Shown here piece by piece: positions 11,612 to 22,280 of a stretch of 64,000 bases of DNA. Each line of letters starts with the position of its first letter. The stretch's first letter is position 1. The translations under genes were made by a program, and so were the position numbers. The notes beneath the pieces are model-generated. The model saw only the letters and a list, made by a program, of their open reading frames with translations, did no database searches and was not told the DNA's origin. Source of the DNA: Smithellaceae bacterium (GTDB lineage Bacteria; Desulfobacterota; Syntrophia; Syntrophales; Smithellaceae); the NCBI GenBank assembly GCA_963667845.2, contig CAXXVL010000002.1, positions 3,415,961 through 3,479,960 of the forward strand, given 5' to 3'.

Positions 11612-12792
11612 ATTTCGAACACTGCATACGCTGCACGATCTGCGTGGAAAACTGCCCCGTGCTTCGCGTCAACCCTGCTTTTCCGGGTCCGAAGCAGTCC
11701 GGCCCGGACGCCCAGCGTTTCCGCAGTGACCGGGAAAAATCCGTGGATGACTGGGTGCTCCTTTGCAGCCAGTGCAAGCGTTGTGAAATGGCCTGTCCCT
11801 GCGGCGTGGAGCCGGCGCAGACGATTCTCCAGGCGCAGCAGCGCTACGGCATGGAGCATTCGCACACGGCGGCGCATCTGCTCTTTGCCAATAATTACTA
11901 TCTCTCCACACTCGGATCGATCACGGCGCCGCTGGCCAACCGCTTCGCCGCTACGAAAATCGGGAAACGGCTGTTTCAGCGCCTGGGTATCGCCACCTAT
12001 ATCCCGTTTCCCAAATTCAGTTTCAAAACGCTGCGGGGCGAAAAGAAAACGCGCAGCCGCGAAGCTAGAAAAGTCGCCTTCTTTTACGGCTGCTTCATCA
12101 ACTTTTACCGCCCCGATATCGGCCGGAAAATCATCCGACTGCTTCAGTCCTTCAAAATCGACGTTGTCCTGCCGCCCCAGTGGTGCTGCGGACTGCCCGC
12201 CCTGGGCAACGGCAACCTGGATCTGGCGCGGTCCTTTGCCCGGAAGAACGTCTCCTCGCTTTCCAACTATATCGATGCCGGATATGACATCGTCTATACC
12301 TGCACCTCCTGCGGCTTGTGCCTGCTGCATGATTATCAGGGAATCATGGACATTCCCGGCGCGAAAAAAATCGCTGAAAACAGCTACGACCTTCACGAAT
12401 ATCTCCTCAAGCTGATTCGGGAGCAAGAGATCAAACCGCATTTCAAAGAAGTGAACCGGGAACTGGCTTATCATATCCCCTGCCACCTCAGAGCGCTGAG
12501 ACTCGGTTATCCGGCGGCCGATCTAATGGCGATGATTCCGGGGCTCTCCTGCCACATTCTCGATGACACCTGTTGCGGGCTCAACGGCAGTTATGGTTTT
12601 AAGAAAATCAATGAGGCCACGGCCATACAGCTGGGCCGGCGGGCTGTTTCACTCATTAAGAAGACGGGCGCCGAAGCCATTATGGCGGATTGCGGGTCCT
12701 GCCGGATGCAATTGAGCGGTCTCTCCGGCATGGAGGCCTTTGATCCGGCCGAGATTATTTGCGAATCTCTGGGCATCAAAGACAAGAAATAA
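11608..12792 (+). CDS. glpC: Anaerobic glycerol-3-phosphate dehydrogenase subunit C
   Basis: CIRCTICVENCP, CSQCKRCEMACP, two CCG domains; ATG overlaps glpB stop. Confidence 0.92.
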   Translation: MNFEHCIRCTICVENCPVLRVNPAFPGPKQSGPDAQRFRSDREKSVDDWVLLCSQCKRCEMACPCGVEPAQTILQAQQRYGMEHSHTAAHLLFANNYYLSTLGSITAPLANRFAATKIGKRLFQRLGIATYIPFPKFSFKTLRGEKKTRSREARKVAFFYGCFINFYRPDIGRKIIRLLQSFKIDVVLPPQWCCGLPALGNGNLDLARSFARKNVSSLSNYIDAGYDIVYTCTSCGLCLLHDYQGIMDIPGAKKIAENSYDLHEYLLKLIREQEIKPHFKEVNRELAYHIPCHLRALRLGYPAADLMAMIPGLSCHILDDTCCGLNGSYGFKKINEATAIQLGRRAVSLIKKTGAEAIMADCGSCRMQLSGLSGMEAFDPAEIICESLGIKDKK

Positions 12793-12874
12793 TACCCGAA
12801 TCCTCCGGGTTATCGGCAAAATTATTTTTCCCGTAAGCCGCCGCCGCGCCGGCATCCGGAACACTGTCAATATC

Positions 12875-12906
12875 AAAAAAAAGGGGCTTCCCGAGGGAGC
12901 CCCTTT
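12875..12906 (-). terminator. Intrinsic terminator between convergent genes
   Basis: A8 then GGGGCTTCC-loop-GGGAGCCCC TTT. Confidence 0.8.
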
Positions 12907-12929
12907 CCTATTGACATTAAAATCAAAAC

Positions 12930-14909
12930 TTATTCACGGACAGTCGTCATTTTCCTGCGGATCATGATGATCAGAGCACCCGCCAGCAAAATGAAGGACA
13001 GCATGAACGTGAGCATGGTCAGCGCGCCGTAGTTGACCATCAGATAAGCCATCCCGACAAACGGCAGCAAGCTGCAGCGGGTCACGAAACGCAGCCCCTC
13101 ACTCTGGGCGATCCTGCCGGCGATCGGCGGACTGACTTCGTAGTAGAATTTCACAAACGCCTTTCCTGCCGAAGTTGTCAAAAGAACGCGATCGCGGAAC
13201 TCGCGCAAAATACTCACATGCTTTTCCATCGGTGTACCGAACGCAGCCGTGGCGATAAAACACCCGCCTCCACCGCCGCCGCTCGCGGGCACGGGCACCG
13301 CGACCGAAAACGCCGAGGTATTGGATTCTCCGCCGCCGGGAGTAGCGTTGTAAACTGTAACGTTAAATGATCCGGCAGTAGCGACGTCCGCGGCCGGAAT
13401 GGCCGCCGTAATCTGTGTGGCGGAGACAAAGCTGGTTGTGTGGTCGGCGCCGTTCCAGCGAACCGTCGAACCATTGACAAAATTGGTGCCGGTGACGGTC
13501 AACGTAAAGGCTGCACTACCGGACACCGCAGAGGATGGACTTAAACTGACGATAGCCGGCACCGGATTGTTTACGGTGAAGTCCATCGCGTTGGAGGTAC
13601 CGCCGCCGGGTGCCGGATTGAAGACCGTGATCGGGGAAACTCCGGCGGCAGTTAAATCTGTGGCGGGAATAGCCGCCGTCAATTGCGTAGCTGAAACAAA
13701 TGTTGTCGTGCGGTTAACACCATTCCAGCGCACCACCGATGCGCTCTCGATAAATTTACTTCCAGTAACGGTTAAAGTGAAGGCCGAAGCGCCCACTAGG
13801 GCTGAAGTGCTTGATAAACCCGTAATGGTCGGCACCACATCGGTTGCAGCGGCAAGATTGACAATGCTGACGGAAAGAAGCTCCATTCCACTATAGCTTG
13901 TTCCCCAGGTCATGGTGTGGTCGAGATAGTCCCAAGTGTCATGGATATAAACCGTATTGCCCGTATCGTTGTAGCCAACACCGACAATAGTATGACCTGC
14001 CAGATTAAGCATCACCGGCCGGCCGGCGTCAATTTCCGCTTTGAACTGAGCAAATGAAAAGCCTCCGGCGATTTTGTTATCCGTCTTTTGACTGTAACAG
14101 TCCGTGACGGTATAGCCGCGGGCTTCATAAAAGAGTTTTCTCCCATACGTCCCATCCTCGGTGCTTATCCCAACTGTTTCCATATAGGCGCAGGTTAATT
14201 GGTCTGGTGATGAGACATAATTATAGAAGGTTGTTGAGCCATCCTTATGACTGTAAGGGGCTGATTGACTCGTCTTCATATAATCGCCGATTGCGCCCGA
14301 CCAGGCGTGCTGCGTCCAGGCGCCGGTGATATAGGGATCAGCGGCAGTACTGTCATAATTCATCCAATAATCGTCAATGGAACCGCGCGTCGCCCGACCG
14401 TCAACTCCATTGTGGGAGGCAGCCAATGGAAGATTGGGATACACAAGGCCATTTCGGTCCATCCATGTCGGCCAGGAGCCGTTATTCAATGGCATGACGC
14501 CGCCATCGGTCGGCCCGGTGTACATGTTCGGATACCCGTTCCGGTCATAGTAGCCGGCGATCATCGCCCCGGAAACCGCAGAACATCCGAAAACCCAGTT
14601 AAAAGCGGGGACGGTAAGCGTACTGGTTGCCATCGCCTTGTCGGGTTTAGGAAGCGAAACGGCCGCCCGCTCAAATCCGTAGCCCGGCGGCGGCATGGGT
14701 GGGCCGTTGATTATATTCCGGCTGAGACTTGTTCCGTCAGCGTAAGTGACGGTCTGAGTGCCGTAATGGGGGTTGACCTGCTGTACAGGTCCTACTGCGA
14801 CTGGTGTCTTCACCACGCCGCTTCCCGAAAGCGCCGGATAAATAAAAATGAGACCGGCCAAAAGAAATACGCCCAACATGCATAATATTCGTCTTAAAAT
14901 TTTACCCAT
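12930..14909 (-). CDS. Exported papain-like (C10/C39-type) peptidase with two IPT/TIG repeats and CFI-box-CTERM tail
   Basis: [13 protein letters not shown] (Cys), EIDAGRPV...GHTIVGVGY...IHDTW (His/Asp), two PxIxxLSxxS..FTLTVTG..F...VRWNG repeats, [15 protein letters not shown]...LREFRD...FVKFYY.VSP and a TM helix. Confidence 0.8.
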   Translation of the reverse strand: MGKILRRILCMLGVFLLAGLIFIYPALSGSGVVKTPVAVGPVQQVNPHYGTQTVTYADGTSLSRNIINGPPMPPPGYGFERAAVSLPKPDKAMATSTLTVPAFNWVFGCSAVSGAMIAGYYDRNGYPNMYTGPTDGGVMPLNNGSWPTWMDRNGLVYPNLPLAASHNGVDGRATRGSIDDYWMNYDSTAADPYITGAWTQHAWSGAIGDYMKTSQSAPYSHKDGSTTFYNYVSSPDQLTCAYMETVGISTEDGTYGRKLFYEARGYTVTDCYSQKTDNKIAGGFSFAQFKAEIDAGRPVMLNLAGHTIVGVGYNDTGNTVYIHDTWDYLDHTMTWGTSYSGMELLSVSIVNLAAATDVVPTITGLSSTSALVGASAFTLTVTGSKFIESASVVRWNGVNRTTTFVSATQLTAAIPATDLTAAGVSPITVFNPAPGGGTSNAMDFTVNNPVPAIVSLSPSSAVSGSAAFTLTVTGTNFVNGSTVRWNGADHTTSFVSATQITAAIPAADVATAGSFNVTVYNATPGGGESNTSAFSVAVPVPASGGGGGGCFIATAAFGTPMEKHVSILREFRDRVLLTTSAGKAFVKFYYEVSPPIAGRIAQSEGLRFVTRCSLLPFVGMAYLMVNYGALTMLTFMLSFILLAGALIIMIRRKMTTVRE

Positions 14910-15543
14910 CCCTGTCTCCCTTGCTTGAATTGGATTCTATCAATTTTTTGATAAGATAAATAAATTTGTTTTCAGTCGCCGTATGCTTTTCCAGATCCTG
15001 CGCGAAACGGAAATAGTCTGTTTCGACGCTCTTGATGCCACCGTTTTCGATAAGAAACTCGCAGAGATATTTATTGTAAGTGCCCGAACCCAGCGGTTTG
15101 TAGCTTTCGGCCCCTGCAATTTTCGCCAGCAGCAAAACGATGCGCGAACCTTCCTTGTATTTTCCATGATAAGCGCCCGGTCCGGCAATTGTGCGGCTAA
15201 TCATCTTCGGGGGCTCCCCTTCGTTTTTGGATTCCGGGGCCGGTGTCTCACGATTAGCGGGCTTATATTTCTCTTTGATTTCGATCGTTTTTCCGGCGGG
15301 TTTGCCCTTCAGCAATTTTCCCACATGGACGGTTGCTTCCACAATGCCTTCAGCTTCTCGAACCGCTGTGATCCTGCCGACAATGATCAGATCAGCCTGG
15401 GCAACAAGTGTTTTTAATTGGTCTATATTTAAAGGCGGGGGCGGGGGCTGCATCGCATATCCTCCGGCGGGGAAAAAAAGAAAAAAAAGACTCACAGCCG
15501 CGATGGAAACAACGTAGGTCAGTCGTCTTTTGATGCAGGCCAT
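14902..15543 (-). CDS. Exported hypothetical protein coupled to the peptidase
   Basis: Signal peptide; [16 protein letters not shown] pattern; stop overlaps downstream start. Confidence 0.65.
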   Translation of the reverse strand: MACIKRRLTYVVSIAAVSLFFLFFPAGGYAMQPPPPPLNIDQLKTLVAQADLIIVGRITAVREAEGIVEATVHVGKLLKGKPAGKTIEIKEKYKPANRETPAPESKNEGEPPKMISRTIAGPGAYHGKYKEGSRIVLLLAKIAGAESYKPLGSGTYNKYLCEFLIENGGIKSVETDYFRFAQDLEKHTATENKFIYLIKKLIESNSSKGDRDG

Positions 15544-15771
15544 TGTCTCTGGTTTCCCTTAGGAATTCATGATACCGTATTTATCGCTAATTTATTTGAA
15601 TAATGGAGTTGCAACATCAACACGGCCGCTACATTACAGGAGGCGGAATTCCCTGTCAACGTTTTCTTGTTTTTTGTGAATTTTTCCGGTCGCAAGGCCA
15701 TTTTAAATCGTGAATGTTGTGTTTTAGCCGACAAGACGTTTGTTCCTGTTCTATGCTTGCGGAAATTATGT

Positions 15772-16986
15772 TTATGCCTTTTCCTTTTCCCGGATGAAGC
15801 AGCGGGGGTCTTCGGCCAGATAGTCGCCGCTGTACGCATGGGCACGTCCCCGGCAGCCGCCGCAGACGGTCTTGTATTGACATTCGCCGCAAAGGCCTTT
15901 GAGCTTTTCTTCGCGGGAGCGCAGATCTTTGAATAATGCGGAGTCCGTATAAATGTCGTGAAAACTTTTTTCCCGGACGTTGCCGCCGCTCACCTCGACA
16001 AAGGGACAGGGCCAGACGTCGCCATTGGCTTTGACATAAACAAAACCACGGCCGGCGGCGCAGCCGTGAAAGACATGGCCGGCAAGTTTAAGCGGCCAGC
16101 CGCCGCGGATGCCGCGTCTCTCCAGGAGATAAGGCCAATACTGCGGTCCGGCCACGGGCTCGATAATCGTTTTAGCATTTTGCTGTTTGGCCGAGATCAG
16201 TTCGCTCAAATACCGGTTGGCGCTCTTTTTCAATGTGGCTTTTTCAATCTTTTCGCCGCGGCCGACCGCCACGAGCTGATACATCAGCATGATGCCCGCC
16301 CCGCTTTGATCGGCAAAATCAATCAATTCCGGCAAATGCGGCATGTTGTATTCCATGGCCGTCGTATTAATCTGCAATAAGATGCCCGCTTTCTTTGTGG
16401 CTTCCACGGCCCGCAGGGCGAGATCGAAAGAACCCGGCTTGTTCCGGACCATGTCGTGGACGGCGGGATCGGCCGCATCAAAACTGATGGCGTTGCAGAC
16501 GACGCCGTGATCTTTCAGTTTGAAGGCCATTTCCTCATCGATTAAGGTGCCGTTTGTGGCAATGATGTTGGCCAGCCCCGCCTTCTGCGAATGTCTCAGC
16601 AGCTCAAAAATATCCGGCCGGACCAGCGGTTCGCCTCCGGTATAAATCAGGGTCCGGAATTCGCTTTCCGAGGCCAGCTGATCAATCAGCCTCTTGCCTT
16701 CATCCGTGGTCAACTCATCCGCGGCGGCCTGCCCGCTTGTCGCATGACAATGAATGCAGCGCAGGTTACAGGCTCCGGTGACTTCCCAGACCGGATGTCC
16801 CGGATAGCCGATGCACCCCATTCCCTGAGCACCGCTCGCCACGGACATCGATTGGAGGCCATGCTTGACCAGCCACCCCGGGAAATTTCTCCAGCGGTTC
16901 AGGTAGCCCATCAAAAGTGTGCTCCCCAGCTGCTTAAAGAGAAGAGACGGAGGATTATAAAATGCTTTGACGATTTTGTGTTTCAT
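15772..16986 (-). CDS. Radical SAM protein with SPASM domain
   Basis: CNLRCIHC, TGGEPL, CAAG...NGDVWPCPF...CGECQYKTVCGGCRGRA...DPRC. Confidence 0.9.
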   Translation of the reverse strand: MKHKIVKAFYNPPSLLFKQLGSTLLMGYLNRWRNFPGWLVKHGLQSMSVASGAQGMGCIGYPGHPVWEVTGACNLRCIHCHATSGQAAADELTTDEGKRLIDQLASESEFRTLIYTGGEPLVRPDIFELLRHSQKAGLANIIATNGTLIDEEMAFKLKDHGVVCNAISFDAADPAVHDMVRNKPGSFDLALRAVEATKKAGILLQINTTAMEYNMPHLPELIDFADQSGAGIMLMYQLVAVGRGEKIEKATLKKSANRYLSELISAKQQNAKTIIEPVAGPQYWPYLLERRGIRGGWPLKLAGHVFHGCAAGRGFVYVKANGDVWPCPFVEVSGGNVREKSFHDIYTDSALFKDLRSREEKLKGLCGECQYKTVCGGCRGRAHAYSGDYLAEDPRCFIREKEKA

Positions 16987-16993
16987 TCTGCAC

Positions 16994-17914
16994 TCAAATG
17001 AAGGCCAGTATGTAGCAAAGCGACGTTCCGATATTGACGGCGATATTCAGGCCGCATAACACCTCCAGACGCTTCGCATCTTCGTGACGGTTTTTGAATA
17101 TCTGGTATGCGATAAATAATGCAACGGCCGTAAAAGGCAGATAAAAATAAATGACCCGGAAAGGAACTCCGAACGAGGGCGATATCAGCATCGTCAGGCA
17201 GGTGAGCAGATTGAAAACGATATAGACGGTTTTGCCTTTTTGTTTGCCGATCCTGTAGAGCAGATTCTTCTTCCCCGCGGCGACATCCGCTTCATAGTCG
17301 GGAAATTCGTTAAGAAGGATCACGTTGAAAATGGAGAAGCCGATGGGCAGCCACAACCAGTGGATGATCGGCGCGATGGACGCGGTTTGAATGTAATAGG
17401 CCGAGGCGACGGGCAGCCAGCCGAAGCAAAAACCGATCAATATTTCGCCCAAACCCCGCTTCACCAGCCGGATGGGCTCGGTGGAGTAGAAGAAGCCCGG
17501 CAGCGCTCCCAGACAGCCCAGAACGAGCGTATAGGGACCCGTCTGATAACCAAACTGCAGAACGATTCCGATCACCAAAGCAATAGCGAAGGCAATGATA
17601 CTGGTCCAGAGGGCAACCCCGGCCGGCATCTTGCCTTCAGGAATCATCCGGGTGCCGCCCGCAAAAGGGTTCTGGTGAAGCCGCGAGGAAATGGCATTCT
17701 CCCTGCGGTCAAAGAATTCCCCCGAATGATATGTTGAAAGCATGACCAGCACCACGCCGACAACGCCCAGAATAAAAACTTCCGGATGAAAGACGCCGGC
17801 CAGACGGTAAGCCAGGAAAGTCCCTAGAAGGAAAGGCATGATGCCGACCGTGTGGAATGACGGGCGGGAGAGAGTGATCCAACCCGTGAGCGACTGCCTG
17901 AAATTACTCTGCAT
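16994..17914 (-). CDS. UbiA/MenA-family prenyltransferase
   Basis: Polytopic; EFFD, FAGGTR, YSTEPIRL..RGLGE, NEFPDYEADVAAGKKNL; ATG 17914 after AAGGA. Confidence 0.88.
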   Translation of the reverse strand: MQSNFRQSLTGWITLSRPSFHTVGIMPFLLGTFLAYRLAGVFHPEVFILGVVGVVLVMLSTYHSGEFFDRRENAISSRLHQNPFAGGTRMIPEGKMPAGVALWTSIIAFAIALVIGIVLQFGYQTGPYTLVLGCLGALPGFFYSTEPIRLVKRGLGEILIGFCFGWLPVASAYYIQTASIAPIIHWLWLPIGFSIFNVILLNEFPDYEADVAAGKKNLLYRIGKQKGKTVYIVFNLLTCLTMLISPSFGVPFRVIYFYLPFTAVALFIAYQIFKNRHEDAKRLEVLCGLNIAVNIGTSLCYILAFI

Positions 17915-18390
17915 AAATAACCAATCCTTTTTTCCCAAAACCTGCCTGACGCGCTTTGCAACCCTCGACAAGACCCGTCGCCACCCGTTTATCCGAAGTG
18001 TGCGGATTAGTAGCATATGGAGGGGCACTTGTCAAAAACGATGGATTCGGCTTGGCTTCGCCCTCCCCTCTTCTGCGTCCCTCCGCTCACGATAATGCAG
18101 CCGGGGCAGCGCTCCAGTTGCTCCGCCAGAGTGCTCCGAAAGTAGTTTTTTCTTGATTGTTAATTTTTTTTATGTTAGGCGTAGCGCCAGTTTGAAGCTT
18201 GGATACGCTTCGTCAAACGAGTAAACAAAAGTTAAATCATTCTTGCCGGACGGCAGACGCTGATTCTGAAAATCGGATGCAAAAAATTGTAAAGAAGAAT
18301 CAATGGCGGTTATATAAGCAGCATAAGGCATGATCGTCGCAAGGGGAGATCATAGAATTAACTTTTAATTTTGTGAAAGGGGGATGAAGC

Positions 18391-18663
18391 ATGACGAAAG
18401 CAGAATTGATCGGAGTTATGGCGGATGAGGCGGGTATCACCAAAGCAGCGGCGGCGTGCGCTCTGGATGCTTACGTTGCGGCCGTTACCAAGGAATTAAA
18501 GAAGGCCGGCCGGCTGGGTCTGGTGGGATTCGGTACGTTCTCCGTCGTAAAAAGAAAAGCAAGAGAGGGAAGGAATCCGCAAACCGGTAAGGCCATCAAG
18601 ATTCCTGCCAAAAAAGTCGTAAAATTCAAGGCCGGCAAGACGCTTGCCGACAAAGTGAAATAG
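18391..18663 (+). CDS. hup: DNA-binding protein HU
   Basis: MTKAELI, GFGTF, REGRNPQTG, FKAGKTL. Confidence 0.93.
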   Translation: MTKAELIGVMADEAGITKAAAACALDAYVAAVTKELKKAGRLGLVGFGTFSVVKRKAREGRNPQTGKAIKIPAKKVVKFKAGKTLADKVK

Positions 18664-18687
18664 TGAATTTTTAAGTTTTGGAAACTG

Positions 18688-18723
18688 AGGCCTCCGGATT
18701 ATTTATTTGACAATCGGAGGCCT
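18688..18723 (+). terminator. Stem-loop downstream of hup
   Basis: AGGCCTCCG...CGGAGGCCT inverted repeat; weak U-tract. Confidence 0.45.
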
Positions 18724-18760
18724 TGGTGCATTTATCCATGGGCATTAAGGAGCTTTTGTT

Positions 18761-19753
18761 TTGACACGAAAAAGAATTCTCAGCGGGATGAGGCCTACCG
18801 GCAGGCTGCATTTGGGAAATTTACACGGCGCTTTGGGCAACTGGGTCCGGTTGCAGAACAGCGGCGATTATGACTGTTTTTATTTCGTGGCCGACTGGCA
18901 TGCCATTACCAGCGAGTATGCGTCAACGGAAAGCATTAAAGAAAACGGCATCAATATGGTGATCGACTGGCTGGCCGCCGGCCTCGATCCGTTCAAGAGC
19001 ACGTTGTTTGTTCAATCGGCCGTGAAGGAACATGCTGAATTATTCCTGCTCCTGTCCATGATTACGCCGCTCGCCTGGCTGCAGCGCAATCCGACCTACA
19101 AGGAAATGCAGGCGGAGCTGACCTCCAAAGACTTATCCACTTTCGGCTTTTTAGGGTATCCCGTTCTGCAGGCGGCCGACATCATCATGTATAAAGCCTA
19201 CGGTGTGCCGGTCGGCGTCGATCAGCTGCCGCATGTCGAGCTGACCCGCGAAATCGCGCGCCGGTTTAATTTCATCTATCAAAAAGAAGTTTTTCCCGTT
19301 CCGGAACCGCTTCTGACCAGCGTCCCGAAACTGCTGGGCGTCGACGGCCGCAAAATGAGCAAGTCCTACGAGAATTCCATCTACCTGTCCGACCGGGGCA
19401 AAGAGCTTTATCAGAAAATCGCCTCCATGTTTACCGATCCGCAGCGGATGAGGAAGAAAGATCCCGGCAATCCCGACATCTGCAATGTCTTTACGTTTCA
19501 TGGATTGTACTCGCCTGCGGAAACCGTCGCCGAAATCAATAAGGCCTGCCGCGTTGCCGGCATCGGCTGCATTGATTGCAAAAAAATGCTGGCGTCGCGG
19601 ATCGAGGAGGCCCTGGCGCCCATTCATGAGCGAATGGATTATTACGTGGACCACCTGAAAGAAATCGAGGACATCATCGCTGACGGCAATGCCCGGGCAA
19701 CCGTGATCGCGCGTCAGACGATGACCGAGGTCCGGGAAGCCGTCAAAATATAA
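18761..19753 (+). CDS. trpS: Tryptophanyl-tRNA synthetase
   Basis: SGMRPTGRLHLGN, YPVLQAADI, VPVGVDQLPH, KMSKS. Confidence 0.97.
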   Translation: MTRKRILSGMRPTGRLHLGNLHGALGNWVRLQNSGDYDCFYFVADWHAITSEYASTESIKENGINMVIDWLAAGLDPFKSTLFVQSAVKEHAELFLLLSMITPLAWLQRNPTYKEMQAELTSKDLSTFGFLGYPVLQAADIIMYKAYGVPVGVDQLPHVELTREIARRFNFIYQKEVFPVPEPLLTSVPKLLGVDGRKMSKSYENSIYLSDRGKELYQKIASMFTDPQRMRKKDPGNPDICNVFTFHGLYSPAETVAEINKACRVAGIGCIDCKKMLASRIEEALAPIHERMDYYVDHLKEIEDIIADGNARATVIARQTMTEVREAVKI

Positions 19754-19761
19754 AGTGATCT

Positions 19762-20508
19762 ATGGATGAAGCCCAAACGACAGATTATGCGATTAAACTG
19801 GATATTTTTGAAGGTCCGCTGGATCTGCTGTTGTATCTCATCAAAAAAAATGAAATCGACATTTACAACATTCCTGTCGCTCTGATCACGCAGCAATATC
19901 TCGACTATCTCAATATCATCAAGTCGCTGAATCTGGACCTGGCGGGCGAGTACCTCGTCATGGCGTCGACCCTGATTCATATCAAGTCCCGCCTGCTCTT
20001 GCCCGTTCCGGAGGAGCCGACGCCCGAAGAGCTGGAAGACGATCCCCGCGCTGAGCTGGTCCGCCAGCTCCTGGAATACCAGACCTTTAAGGAAGCGGCC
20101 GCGGAATTGGCGCACCGGCCGCTTTTGGAGCGTGATGTATTTAAGCGCACGTCAACGCTCGCCGAAGAAACGAAAACCCCCGACGCCGATGACGATGAAC
20201 TGGTCGAGGTCAGCATTTTTGAATTGATCGAAGCCTTTCACCATCTGGTTTCCCGTCTGGATAAAAAAGAACTTCTGGAAATTGACCTGGAAAAGCTGTC
20301 GTTGACGGATATGATCAACGACGTTATGGAGCGCCTGACGCGCGAAAAGAATCTCACTTTTGAAGAACTACTGGGAGAAAGAAAAGACCGACGCCGCATT
20401 GTTTACACCCTTCTGGCCCTGCTGGAACTTATTAAGCTGAAAATGGTCAAAGCGTATCAGACGGCGGCGTTCGGCGTTATTCGCATCTTCCCGGCCGTGG
20501 AGTCTTAA
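19762..20508 (+). CDS. scpA: Segregation and condensation protein A
   Basis: FEGPLDLLLYLI, EYLVMASTLIHIKSRLLLP, DPRAELV. Confidence 0.96.
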   Translation: MDEAQTTDYAIKLDIFEGPLDLLLYLIKKNEIDIYNIPVALITQQYLDYLNIIKSLNLDLAGEYLVMASTLIHIKSRLLLPVPEEPTPEELEDDPRAELVRQLLEYQTFKEAAAELAHRPLLERDVFKRTSTLAEETKTPDADDDELVEVSIFELIEAFHHLVSRLDKKELLEIDLEKLSLTDMINDVMERLTREKNLTFEELLGERKDRRRIVYTLLALLELIKLKMVKAYQTAAFGVIRIFPAVES

Positions 20509-21444
20509 ATGGAAAATATTTCAGCTATTCTGGAAGCATTGATCTTTTCGTCGGAGTCGCCGATCACCTTTGAAAAAGTCTGCGCTGTCTTGGACGGCGT
20601 GGATAAAACAGAGGTCAAAGAGGCGCTGGCTAAATTAATTGCCGGATATGACGAGCGCCAAAACGGAATCTGCGTTCAGGAAGTCGCCGGTGGATTTCAG
20701 TATCGCACCCGGTCGGAAATGTCTGCCTGGGTGAAAAAACTCAAAGGCACCAAGCCGGCCTCCCTGTCGCCGGCGGCGCTCGAAACTCTGGCCATTGTCG
20801 CCTACCGGCAGCCGATCGTGAAGTCGGAAATTGAAAGCATCCGCGGCGTCGACGTCGGTGCTCCGCTGAAAGGTCTTCTGGATAAAAAACTGATCCGCAT
20901 CGTGGGACGCAAGGACGTGCCGGGCAAACCGATTATTTACGGCACCACCAAGAAGTTTCTGGAAGTCTTCAACCTCAAAGAGCTGGCCGACTTGCCCACC
21001 ATGAGAGAGCTCAAGGAGCTCACCGAAAACCAGGAAATCTTCGAGCAGGAATCTGCTGCCGCAGACACCGCTGACCAGGAGAAAGCGGAGCGAGAGTCTT
21101 TCACTCAGGAAATCTTCGAGCAGGAGTCCGCCGCCGCCGAAACCGCAACGCAGGAGACGCCGGAGCGTGAGTCTTCCCCTCAGGAGATCACTGAGCAGGA
21201 GTCCGCCGCCGCCGAAACCGCAACGCAGGAGACGCCGGAGCGTGAGTCCTCCCCTCAGGAAACCGCTGAGCAGGAGTCCGCCGCCGCTGACACCAACACG
21301 CAGGAGACATTGGAGCAAGAGTCTTCCCCTCAGGAAACCACTGAGCAGGACTCCGCCGCCGACAATACCGCAGGACAGGAAACACCTGAGCATGGATCTT
21401 CCCCTCAGGAAATATCAGAGGATAAGGATAAACTCGATTCATGA
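20509..21444 (+). CDS. scpB: Segregation and condensation protein B with acidic repeat tail
   Basis: LSPAALETLAIVAYRQP, IRGV, YGTTKKFLEVF..L..LP; C-terminal 25-aa repeats. Confidence 0.95.
   Translation: MENISAILEALIFSSESPITFEKVCAVLDGVDKTEVKEALAKLIAGYDERQNGICVQEVAGGFQYRTRSEMSAWVKKLKGTKPASLSPAALETLAIVAYRQPIVKSEIESIRGVDVGAPLKGLLDKKLIRIVGRKDVPGKPIIYGTTKKFLEVFNLKELADLPTMRELKELTENQEIFEQESAAADTADQEKAERESFTQEIFEQESAAAETATQETPERESSPQEITEQESAAAETATQETPERESSPQETAEQESAAADTNTQETLEQESSPQETTEQDSAADNTAGQETPEHGSSPQEISEDKDKLDS
21031..21420 (+). repeat. 75-bp in-frame tandem repeat, five copies plus partial
   Basis: Units start at 21031, 21106, 21181, 21256, 21331, 21406, encoding QEIxEQESAAAxTxxQExxERESSP-like 25-mers. 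Confidence 0.92.
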
Positions 21445-22172
21445 AAGAACGTCTGCAAAAAATCATCGCGTCGGCGGGAATTGATTCGCGCCGCCACGCC
21501 GAAGTGCTGATCACGTCCGGAAGGGTCAGCGTGAACGGTGAGGTCGTACGGGAACTGGGCGTTAAGGCCGACCCTCAAAAAGACGTCATCCGCGTTGACG
21601 GCAATACGATTTCCGTTGAGAAAGATTCCTACTACATAGCGCTCTATAAACCGGCCGAATACGTTACGACCATGTCCGATCCGCAGAAAAGGCCGACGGT
21701 TGTAGATCTGGTGAGGGACATTCCGGAAAGAGTCTATCCTGTCGGCAGGCTCGATTATGAGTCGGCGGGACTTTTACTTTTGACCAATGACGGGGCATTT
21801 GCCCAGAAGATCCAGCACCCCCGTTTTCAGGTGCCGAAAACCTACCGGGTAAAGATTTCAGGGCGCTTAAGTGCCCAAGAATTAAAGCAAATCGGCAAAG
21901 GCATTTCTCTGCCGGACGGTCTGTTCAAGCCGGACAATTTAAAGGTTGAAAAGATCAATGATAAAAGCACATGGCTCAGCCTGACACTGCACGAAGGCAA
22001 AAACAGAATCATTCGCCGCGGTTTTGAGGCAGCCGGCCGCCAGGTGACCCGATTGGTTCGTGAATCCATCGGCAATATTACGCTGGCGGGTCTGAAAGAA
22101 GGCGAATGGAGAAATCTGACCGGCCGGGAAATACATCAGCTGCTTGAGAATTCAAACAGTCAAAAAAGGTAA
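21441..22172 (+). CDS. rluB: 23S rRNA pseudouridine synthase (RluB/RsuA family)
   Basis: S4 domain ERLQKIIA, YPVGRLD, EGKNR; conserved position after scpB. Confidence 0.88.
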   Translation: MKERLQKIIASAGIDSRRHAEVLITSGRVSVNGEVVRELGVKADPQKDVIRVDGNTISVEKDSYYIALYKPAEYVTTMSDPQKRPTVVDLVRDIPERVYPVGRLDYESAGLLLLTNDGAFAQKIQHPRFQVPKTYRVKISGRLSAQELKQIGKGISLPDGLFKPDNLKVEKINDKSTWLSLTLHEGKNRIIRRGFEAAGRQVTRLVRESIGNITLAGLKEGEWRNLTGREIHQLLENSNSQKR

Positions 22173-22280
22173 AAATATTCTTGACAATCGTCTAAAAATA
22201 AATAATAGTCGCCAACGTGCAAGATGACTTGTGTCATTATATCAGGCGATTCAAGCTGTAAATAGTCATAAGGAGGCTCT

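Noticed and set aside
17920..18140. GC-rich leader upstream of the prenyltransferase
   Set aside because: Only short hairpins; no recognisable RNA family.
20635..21393. Repetitive 252-aa minus-strand ORF
   Set aside because: Reverse reading of scpB and its tandem repeat.
21031..21420. Possible CRISPR array
   Set aside because: Contiguous in-frame coding repeats with no unique spacers; no cas genes in the window.
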